The translations under genes and the position numbers were made by a program. DNA of 63,509 nucleotides, filler included, from Guillardia theta CCMP2712 (taxonomy: Eukaryota > Protista > Cryptophyta): the NCBI RefSeq assembly GCF_000315625.1. It is 5 parts of 5 records of this genome, joined end to end, with 100 filler letters (N's around TTAATTAATTAA, not from the genome) between each part and the next. Parts side by side here need not be neighbours in the genome. Positions count along the whole stretch, not along the records: positions 48,922 to 58,178 come from NW_005434264.1; positions 58,279 to 62,096 come from NW_005434124.1; positions 62,197 to 63,509 come from NW_005434548.1; 2 more parts are not named here. The stretch is one strand, 5' to 3'. Below, piece after piece: positions 54,401 through 63,509 of this stretch (positions within the stretch are counted from its first letter, which is position 1; the number at the start of each line of letters is the position of its first letter). Under the pieces are notes generated by a model. That model saw nothing but the letters and a program-made list of their open reading frames with translations, did no database searches and had not been told where the DNA came from.

Positions 54401-57159
54401 CATAGCGTTGCTTTTCCGGCCGGGCGCTCATAGGAAAAATTGGCAAGATTTTTTTTTTTTCGAAGGGCCTGTGGGGTCCCTTCATTTCATGCCATGTGGG
54501 AGTACCCTACTTTGAGAAGGCGTGTAGGAGGGTACTCGCTCTTAGGAAAATCGTTGCTGCGCAGGGCCAAAGAGGGGTAGGGTGATTTGAATTTGGTTGC
54601 TTGGACACCTCACCACCGTCGGCACGCCAAAACCAAAGTAAAAGTACGAGTTTTAGAAGTATCTGTGGTACCAACTTAATATTGCAGCGTTTATATGGTA
54701 CAAAACGAGGGCCAAACTGGTCGGNNNNNNNNNNNNNNNNNNNNNNNNNNNNNNNNNNNNNNNNNNNNNNNNNNNNNNNNNNNNNNNNNNNNNNNNNNNN
54801 NNNNNNNNNNNNNNNNNNNNNNNNTTCGACTTCCGAGAACCCTCCGTTTGACTTTCGTGGGGGGTGGGGTGGGTATGGAGCATCTCAACTACCCACCTTT
54901 GAACCAGTTTGAAACTGTGTGATAGGGGGTGGGGGGTAGCCCCCATTTCTCATTCCCCAAGCCCCCTCTCCCTGGACGAGCAAGAGGCGATGAAATGGTG
55001 CCTTCCTGACTCGCGAGGATGAACCTTGACATTGAGAGACTTCGAATCCAACCCAACTGAGATAGGAATGAGATGAAGATCTCATATCATACCTGTAAGA
55101 GATGATCGAGCTTCTTTCTCAACTCTGCAGGTTGGGCCAAGGTTTGAATCATCCATCGCGTACTGGAATATGCACCCTAGGTACAAACAATCCGCGTGTG
55201 TACTCGAAAATATTCTTCGAAGACAAGATGAAATTTTCATGAACAGCTAAGCAACTAATGATAGATTCACCATTGAACAGAATCAACTCTGATTGACCCT
55301 TCTTTCAAATTGCCGTAGGTTGAACGTTGAGCTCAAATGCATGATTTGTGAGAAATTTGTATCAAACTGTACCTTAAGCGACTTTGCTGTCTAAATATGT
55401 GTTCTCATGTCATCACTCACTTTCAATTCTTCTAATCTTACGGTCAGGATTCATGCACCTCACTTTTCTATAGAGAAAGCTTTACATGCTCAACCGTTCA
55501 ATGATGCATGAAGAGACGTTTGCACAAAGGATTTCTTTACCTGCCAGGATAGATGACTTTGAATCATCGTTGTTGATCATGAATCACTATACCCATGATC
55601 AAGTGCATTGACAATTGCATTTCCATGTTTCATGACGTTGGATGATTTTTCTGCATTGCAACTAAGTTCTTCCTCTGTCATGACATTTCCACAACGCTGC
55701 AGAAACCTAGTTAGAAATGAAACAATGTGCAGATGAATCTGATATCAATAAATGAGATGTTCTTCGAATCAATCCTGCCTTGTTTGGACAGTTCGCAATG
55801 CTACCATGCAACAGTAGAGTTCCTGTCGCATTTGGCTCTACAGAGGAGTGCCTTGTTCAACAGAGCAAGCACTCGATGATTGTAAACGAACCACAAACAC
55901 TGTGAATCAATAAACAGAATTCCACATTCAGGTGATCATATCTTTATTACAAGCGTTTCAATCTGGGTAAAAGCACAACCGACCTCCTTGTAATCCTGAC
56001 GACGTTCCATCTTTTGCCTGGCGAAGTTATTTCTGTGTTAACCAAGAAGCATGTGACATGTAGCCACATCATAAATGCTGTACGGCCTGGAATATCAGCA
56101 TCTTCAAAGTGCTCGTGTTTGCTGTGACCGTATCATCTGCTTGGCAGCGGCTCATTGATGGACACACGATCTGATGCAAGTTCACACCAGTAATATTTAG
56201 ATGATGCATCATGTGATCAAATGGCATAGACCTTGGTGATTTGCAACATGTTTCATCGTTCCAACACATCCTTGAAAACCGGATGAAAAATCCTTCACGA
56301 ACCACTGGACTTGCTTGTTATCATTCGATAGTGCTGTGGATCATCGTGGTTTCAAGCAATCGAGCAGCTCACTGCTAAAATGCACTGTATTTCTTGCGAG
56401 CCTATCAGCCATCATCGTGAAGACATGTGTTCTTGAGCTCACTGGTGACTGTACGGCTTTTGAACAATCCAGTCACCGTCGGATGATGATTCCCTGTCGC
56501 CTTGTGTGTAATCTCCATCCATCTACTCCAACTCAGTTTCCCTGTCATGCATCGCAGATAGCTTAGGGTATTTCACAACCCGGTTTCGATTGCAACGTAT
56601 CCCTGTGATGGTGATTTTCACTTGTATTATTGATGCTCTTCGCTCACCAAACGATTTTTCGTGAGATCCACGCACTGTACGAAGCACTCCTCAAGGATCA
56701 TCATCTCTACACCTCAGGAATTTCCCATGAGGAGGTTCGGTGAACATCTGATGTCTGCACACGCTGCCGCGGGCTCGCTGTTTGCGAGCCATGGTTAGGG
56801 CAGTACAGAGCGGTGCGACGTGCCTCGAACAAGGGGAGGCTCATGGCGTGTAGAGAGGTCGTTCAAACTCGTTTATAAAATTGTACCATAAGAAGGCTCT
56901 ACAAATTAGTTAGTAGACTACCCCATGATCTCACTGCAACTTCTGGGGTGCAGCCCTACTTCTCTGTTTATACTCAACCATTCCACAATACAGTTTAAAA
57001 TATCTTATTGGAAAACAACATCAGAGTTATAAACCTGAAATTTGGACCCTGTTTGAAATCCTCAAACACGCCACCCCCCAATCCACATAGAAAGCAGAAC
57101 AACCCCCTCACGGGAAAACATACACCCCAAAGCAGAAAAAGCAAAATGTCAACGCTATG
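54401..57159. mobile_element. TIR element B (~2759 bp including a 100-N gap) inserted in the satellite at GGG|CCC, no TSD
   Basis: TIR CATAGCGTTG (54401-54410) / CAACGCTATG (57150-57159). The flanks rejoin exactly to GACGGG|CCCGGCC. Shares blocks with element A. Confidence 0.8.
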
Positions 57160-58178
57160 CCCGGCCGGCAGGATCCGTCGAGAAACAGGGGGGTCAAGGG
57201 AGGTTTTCTTCCCCCTGGGAGAAATGTCCTATGGGTTTTTGGATCTGCGATATAAAAAAGTCTTGTCTCGGTCACGTGATGTGTCACGTGACCGGTCAGG
57301 TGAGCCTGTCAGCCGGGTCACGGCCCCTGTCAGCCGGCTGACATGTCACGGGCCTGCTGACACGGTCCGCTGACCGGTCACGGCCGCCCGGAGAGATCAG
57401 GCCCCCGGCCAATCTCCGGACACTTAGCCTCCTGGCGGGCCTCCAGGGGGTCTGAGGCGGGGCTGAAGGCTGCAGTCGGTCTACTGACGGGCCCGGCCGG
57501 CAGGATCCGTCGAGAAACAGGGGGGTCAAGGGAGGTTTTCTTCCCCCTGGGAGAAATGTCCTATGGGTTTTTGGATCTGCGATATAAAAAAGTCTTGTCT
57601 CGGTCACGTGATGTGTCACGTGACCGGTCAGGTGAGCCTGTCAGCCGGGTCACGGCCCCTGTCAGCCGGCTGACATGTCACGGGCCTGCTGACACGGTCC
57701 GCTGACCGGTCACGGCCGCCCGGAGAGATCAGGCCCCCGGCCAATCTCCGGACACTTAGCCTCCTGGCGGGCCTCCAGGGGGTCTGAGGCGGGGCTGAAG
57801 GCTGCAGTCGGTCTACTGACGGGCCCGGCCGGCAGGATCCGTCGAGAAACAGGGGGGTCAAGGGAGGTTTTCTTCCCCCTGGGAGAAATGTCCTATGGGT
57901 TTTTGGATCTGCGATATAAAAAAGTCTTGTCTCGGTCACGTGATGTGTCACGTGACCGGTCAGGTGAGCCTGTCAGCCGGGTCACGGCCCCTGTCAGCCG
58001 GCTGACATGTCACGGGCCTGCTGACACGGTCCGCTGACCGGTCACGGCCGCCCGGAGAGATCAGGCCCCCGGCCAATCTCCGGACACTTAGCCTCCTGGC
58101 GGGCCTCCAGGGGGTCTGAGGCGGGGCTGAAGGCTGCAGTCGGTCTACTGACGGGCCCGGCCGGCAGGATCCGTCGAG
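57160..58178. repeat. 332-bp satellite array, segment 3 (ends at a gap)
   Basis: About 3 units; ORF-track period 332 (57296, 57628). Confidence 0.97.
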
Positions 58179-59229
58179 NNNNNNNNNNNNNNNNNNNNNN
58201 NNNNNNNNNNNNNNNNNNNNNNTTAATTAATTAANNNNNNNNNNNNNNNNNNNNNNNNNNNNNNNNNNNNNNNNNNNNGACGGGCTGCCATGTATGGCGC
58301 GAAGGAGGATGGTGATGGGTTTGGGGTGAGGGACGTTCTGCAAGAGGTATCGGAGGTCTTGTAGATAGGTCACGAGGGGCTCGGGGATGATGGCGAAACA
58401 AATAGACGTAAAGTGGTGTTAACATGAGAACAATAATTTGATGATTAAATTGATAGATGTTTCCATTGCACCTCAGCGTTCCTGGAGGTCTTTGCAGATA
58501 CCTCAAAAGCTCCATCCTGAGCGTGATCTCCCACCAAGAGCAGTTGAGAGAGACATTTGTTCTGTGATTGGAGGCAAACAATTCCTACACCGTCACGCCA
58601 ACTTGCGGATACATCAATCGACAACGGTCAACCTCTCTGTTCACATACGGACACAACGTTACAACCATGCCGTGGTGCATGCATCTAGCTAGTTGGCTAC
58701 AAACTTCTTATGCAGTAGGAACCTTTCTTTTTTTTCGGAACCATCAATTCACTCCAACACCTTTCATTCAGTACTTGTGTCGACATGAGCTGACGCCAGT
58801 CACGTTACAGTCGGCATCACGATTTCGTTACAATGGACCTCGGTCCGAGCAGTAAAACATCATTTATTATATGCATCGATTCGGAAGCACTATTCAAATC
58901 CAGTCTCGATGCATGAAGTACCTTAAATCCCACACTGACTTCACCGCTTCCTCTTTCCGTTGCAGCCCATCATTTGCCTCTCTCTGACAACCACCCGACG
59001 GGGGCATCACAGAGATTGGCAGCTGAGCCTGATAAGGCAGCAAAGGTGACGAGAGCTGGACTGGCAGCTGGACTGGTGCGACGAGGAGGGTTGAGCGGTT
59101 TACTTTTTGAAAAGATGCCCGTGAGGCGGGCCCGGTTGTAGCACACCCCCCTCTTATAATTATTATTATCATTATTGTTCCGTTTCCGATGGACTAAAAA
59201 AGAATGAGGGGATCTGTAGTAAGTTGACG

Positions 59230-59251
59230 GTCACGTTACCATCGGCATCTC
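59230..59251 (+). promoter_or_regulatory. Conserved upstream motif GTCACGTTACCATCGGCATCTC
   Basis: Identical at 61334-61355; variants at 58800 and 61103; surrounding DNA is diverged. Confidence 0.5.
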
Positions 59252-59592
59252 AAACGACGAAATTAAAAAATCTCATTGCGCGAAGCAGGGGTACCTGACA
59301 ACTGAATCTAGGGGGTAGGGGTCTTGTATCGGGGAAAGTTGCAATGGGGGAATGACGAGCCCTGAGGACCGGTACTAAGGGGAGCATGCGTCAGACCCTG
59401 TACCACTCTATCCTCCCTTCCCCTCCCTTTCCCCCCCTCTCACCCTCCCCTCCATAACCCATACCCTCTGATCTCTTCATCAACTGATTCCCTTCTCTGC
59501 CTCACCGAATCTCTTTCAAGCAGCCCGCCCTCTCCATCACGACATATCATCACTAGCGAAATCCCCGTGCCTCCTACATAATCCTTCCTCCC

Positions 59593-60642
59593 ATGGTCCG
59601 GCCCTCTGCCTCCCCCGCCTCCAAGGCCGTCGCCCTCGCCTTCGCCCAAGCGGTATGCCCCTCCCCCTCATCTCATCTCCTCCCTCTTTCTCTGCTCTAA
59701 CCCTTCCCCTCCCCCCTCCAGGTCTCCCGAGCCGTCCCTGCCTCCTTCAGCCACCTCTTCATCCCCCGCAAGGGCCGCCTCTCCCTCTACGACGCCCTCC
59801 GNNNNNNNNNNNNNNNNNNNNNNNNNNNNNNNNNNNNNNNNNNNNNNNNNNNNNNNNNNNNNNNNNNNNNNNNNNNNNNNNNNNNNNNNNNNNNNNNNNN
59901 NGCGCGGAGCAGACGTCGGGGGGTCGGGGTGAGGGAGGTGGAGTCAACAAGGTCCTCGAACACAACGGCTTCACCAAGATCCGCGACCGCTGCATCCTCC
60001 CCGACGAGGGGGAGGGCGACGGACTTCTCGAGGAGCAGCAGCGCGCGCTACTTCTTCTCCAACCGCCGCTGGAGGAACCCCGACGACCCCCACGAGCTCC
60101 AGGAGCTCCGGCAGGCCTGGCTCAAGCTCCGCCAGCTCGCGTGCAGGCTCGGGGCGGACGTGAGCCTGGAGGCGCTGGAGCAGTGCTGCCGGGAGAGGTA
60201 CGGGGCGTGGGCGGAGATGACGGTGAACTGGAGCAAGGCGCCGCGTCGGGTGTACCGGAAGGCGAGGACGGGGAGGAAGGGAGGGAGAGGCGAGGGGACA
60301 GAGAACAAGGCTTCATTGACTGAAATGGAGGCAGTCGCCGTGAGCGAGGTACCGGCGGTAGGGCTGCCACTGTCTGTGTTGCACGGCGAGGAGATATTGA
60401 GAGATGAGCTCAAGGATGCAGGTTGCCTTCTCAGTACTCGGCGGGATGTCATGGCCGTCCAGTCAGAGCCGTGGGAGCTAAGCCTGCTTGGCGAGGCGAG
60501 GGAGGAGGAGGAGAGCTGGCTGGAGGAGGAGCTTCCGTTTGTAGGGTGGGGGGAGACGCCGGAGGAGGTGGCGGGCTTAGGGAGGACGGGCTGCAATGTA
60601 TGGCGCGAAGGAGAGAAGGTGGTATGGAGTGAAGTAGAATAG
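59593..60642 (+). CDS. Orphan gene family member, copy 1 (gap-interrupted)
   Basis: MVRPSASP...AFAQA|VSRAVPASFSHLFIPRKGR...YFFSNRRWRNPDDPHELQEL; near-identical to the copy at 61600; apparent indels next to the gap. Confidence 0.6.
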
Positions 60643-61599
60643 AGTAGAGAAAGCACTGAGATACATGTGTGCTTGGTTTTGCAGGACAGAAGAAATACTA
60701 GTCCTATTTTCGTGGGTACTCATACTAGTAAAGGGGGGTAGTAGGGTTATAGCGGGTCAAGTGAAGTACTCAGTAGGGTTATATGGGGTGGGGTAGGGTT
60801 GGCCGCCGGGCCGTCAATCCCTATCACAATTCAATGATGACACAGGGCGCCCAGGCTTCCGGGCCGGGCCTGGACTGAGTCCCGATGACCGTCGGACCGA
60901 GTCACTGAGGGTCGTCACTAACTTGCCGGGCGGGGGGCACGTTATGAGCCCAACCCGGACACTGCACTGCAAACTGAAAATCAAGTGAGCGATCTCAACC
61001 CGGTGACCAGTCACGCCACTACTAACTTGTAAATCAGTAGGTCAAGGACTCGCTTATGATCCCGGTCCGAAACTTCGGTTGAGCAGATTTTATCTTCCCC
61101 TATCACGTTACCATTGGAAACCTGTCGAGTCGGTCCGAAGAGTAAAACGACATTTAAAAGAGTCAGCAGTGACCTCTGCTAACTCCTTCGGGAGCTCAAG
61201 GGCCACAGCCTGTCAGATCATTCTCATTCCTTCGCTCAGCCGCACAAGCTCCTCTTGAAGTTTACAACGGAACGACCCGAAAGCTTCCCGCTCTTTTTCG
61301 CTATTTCCGTCATCGGCAGCATTGCTGATCTTCGTCACGTTACCATCGGCATCTCTCGACCATCGGTAAAACGCCATAATATACACTACCACCACCGGTC
61401 CTGCGCGGATCCGGAGAGACTATGGGGTACTAGTTAGCGAGGTGCAACTTTATAAAGTAAATAAAGGGCCTCGAGCCCGAACCCGCCTCCCTCCTCCTCC
61501 TCTCCCTCTTGCTTGACCTCCTCACCGTGCTTGCTGCATCGGTTGTCGTCCTCTAACCCAGATCTCAAGCACACAGCTGAAAACTCTGAATTCCCTGCC

Positions 61600-62096
61600 A
61601 TGGTTCGGCCCTCTGCCTCCCCCGCCTCCAAGGCCGTCGCCCTCGCCTTCGCACAAGCGGTATGCCCCTCCCCCTCATCTCATCTCCTCCCTCCTCTGGC
61701 CTGACCCCTGCTCTCAGGTCTCCCGAGCCGTCCCTGCCTCCTTCAGCCACCTCTTCATCCCCCGCAAGGGCCGCCTCTCCCTCTACGACGCCCTCTGTGA
61801 CTGCATCCCGGCCGCCGCCCGTAGCGCGGAGCAGACGTTCGGGGGGTACGGGGTGAGGGAGGTGGAGTTCAACAAGGTCCTCGAGCACAACGGCTTCACC
61901 AAGATCCGCGACCGCTGCATCCTCCCCGACGAGGTGGAGGCGACGGACTTCTCGAGGAGCAGCAGCGCGCGCTACTTCTTCTCCAACCGCCGCTGGAGGA
62001 ACCCCGACGACCCCCACGAGCTCCAGGAGCTCCGGCAGGCCTGGCTCAAGCTCCGCCAGCTCGCGTGGATGCTCGGGGCGGACGTGAGCCTGGAGG
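61600..62096 (+). CDS. Orphan gene family member, copy 2 (partial, ends at a gap)
   Basis: Same exon/intron layout; open frame ...EVEFNKVLEHNGFTKIRDRCILPDEVEATDFSRSSSARYFFSNRRWRNP. Confidence 0.65.
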
Positions 62097-62589
62097 NNNN
62101 NNNNNNNNNNNNNNNNNNNNNNNNNNNNNNNNNNNNNNNNTTAATTAATTAANNNNNNNNNNNNNNNNNNNNNNNNNNNNNNNNNNNNNNNNNNNNAACT
62201 GCTGAGCGGCAGGTGGGCTGGAGCTCGACTGCGAGCAGCTGGAGTGAGCGAGCGGAGGAGAGGGAAGGCACAGCAAGACAGGGGAGAGGCAGATGAGGGG
62301 GAGGGCAAGGAGAGCAGGCACTGAGAGGAGGGGAAAAGACGGAGAGGTAGAAAGCAGGTTGGAGCCAAGGAATAGGAGGGAGGCGGAGGGACAAGTAAGA
62401 AGAGAAGAAAGGGAGTGGGGGGGAGTGAGAGAGAGCAGAGGATGGGCAGAAAAGAGGAGAGAGGAGGGGAGAGGAGAGAGGAGAGAGGAGAGAGGAGAGG
62501 AGAGGAGAGGAGAGGAGAGGAGAGGAGAGGAGAGGAGAGGAGAGAGGGGGAGCGAGGAGGGGAGCAGAGGAGAGTGGAGGAGGGAGGGA

Positions 62590-63509
62590 GAGCAGAGAAA
62601 GATTGCGGATGGAAACGCGAGAGGGACCTGAGGATTCCAATGTATCTGAGATCGATGGAAACGATCATCGTTTTCAGTGCTGTACACGAACCCCTCCCCT
62701 GCTGTTGCTCCATTGTCGGCCCACGACTCGATCCTTGGGCCTGTCCCCGCCGTTGAACCCACTGGCCAGGAACCTCCCAGCGCCCCTGCCCACTCTGATC
62801 AACATCCTCCTCAACATCCTCCTCCTCCTCCCTCCCTCCCTCCCTCCCTCCCTCCGTCCCTCCGTCCCTCCGTCCCTCCGTCCCTCCGTCCCTCCCTCCC
62901 GGCTCCTGCCGGCTCTCCTTCCTCCTTCCCTCCCTCCCTCCTGGTGCAGCTGCCATCACCCTAATCTCGTGATCCCCCTAGCTTGCCCTTCTACACTCCA
63001 CTGCTCTTCCCCCGTTACCTGCCGTCCCGTCCGTGTTCTCTCCCCCGCTCGTGTGCCAGTAGTTCCTGCCCGAGCTCGCCTGCTCTACTGTCACCTGCTC
63101 CTCCTCCTCCTCCTGCCTATCACCCTGCGAGGCGAGTCTGGTGGGATGTAGCTGGCGGGAAAATCGAAGACGTTGGTCTCCGGCACTGCCGAGAACGGTC
63201 AAGGAGGAGGCGGAGACGGAGCAGGAGCAGGAGAATACAGGGGAGGAGAGGAGGAGGGGAGGAAAGGAGAGGGTGGAGGAAAGGGGAGGACCTGAGCCAG
63301 CATTCTTCCAGTTGGGCATTTTGACGCTCTCCGGAACAGAAGCAACTTTGCCTGCAGGGAGTGAGTGAGTGAGTGAGTGAGTGAGTGAGTGAGTGAGTGA
63401 GGGAGGGAGGGAACGTCAGACATTGATGCAACAGCACGCAGTCGTCGTCGCTACCTGACGTTTTGGCGTTCTGCAGGTTGGAGAGGTACCGGGCGTTACT
63501 CTCGTCTAT
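62590..63509 (-). CDS. Partial hypothetical multi-exon gene
   Basis: GT/AG-bounded exon-like segments (KVASVPESVKMPNWKNAGS; PETNVFDFPASYIPPDSP) between microsatellite-containing introns. Confidence 0.3.

Noticed and set aside
51187-57159. Fanzor/TnpB or DDE transposase inside elements A and B
   Set aside because: Manual partial translation gave no RuvC or DDE motif; product left unassigned
48922-58178. Repeated 107-aa ORFs (MTHHVTETRLF...) as genes
   Set aside because: By-product of a GC-rich satellite; non-ATG start and no domain
59902-60020. Frameshifts making orphan copy 1 a pseudogene
   Set aside because: The indels cluster right beside a gap and are probably low-quality contig-end errors

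Overview
Gene-dense eukaryotic nuclear DNA with short (~40-100 nt) spliceosomal introns, many purine/pyrimidine microsatellites and N-gaps carrying TTAATTAATTAA linkers. The style suggests a cryptophyte draft assembly such as Guillardia theta (inference). Recognisable genes: secreted double-LysM protein, CaMK/CDPK-type kinase, WD40 protein, TPR+RCC1 protein, Patched/NPC1-like RND protein, IFT43, two-LIM (CRP/MLP-like) protein, PHO80/CYCU-type cyclin, RAMA+HMG-box protein (possibly continuing to a discoidin domain), PH-PTEN-C2-SH3 phosphatase, a non-LTR RT remnant and a tandem orphan gene family. Two structures stand out. (1) A palindrome-rich 332-bp satellite (48.9-58.2 kb) is interrupted by two diverged, related ~2.76-kb elements with CAT...ATG inverted termini; each sits at the centre of a palindromic hexamer with no target-site duplication and holds a cryptic intron-dense gene. 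(2) A 290-bp AT-rich insert at 8.85-9.14 kb has a right end that folds like a structured RNA, making it a candidate non-autonomous Fanzor/omega-RNA element. Exon boundaries were inferred by eye and gene ends are approximate.
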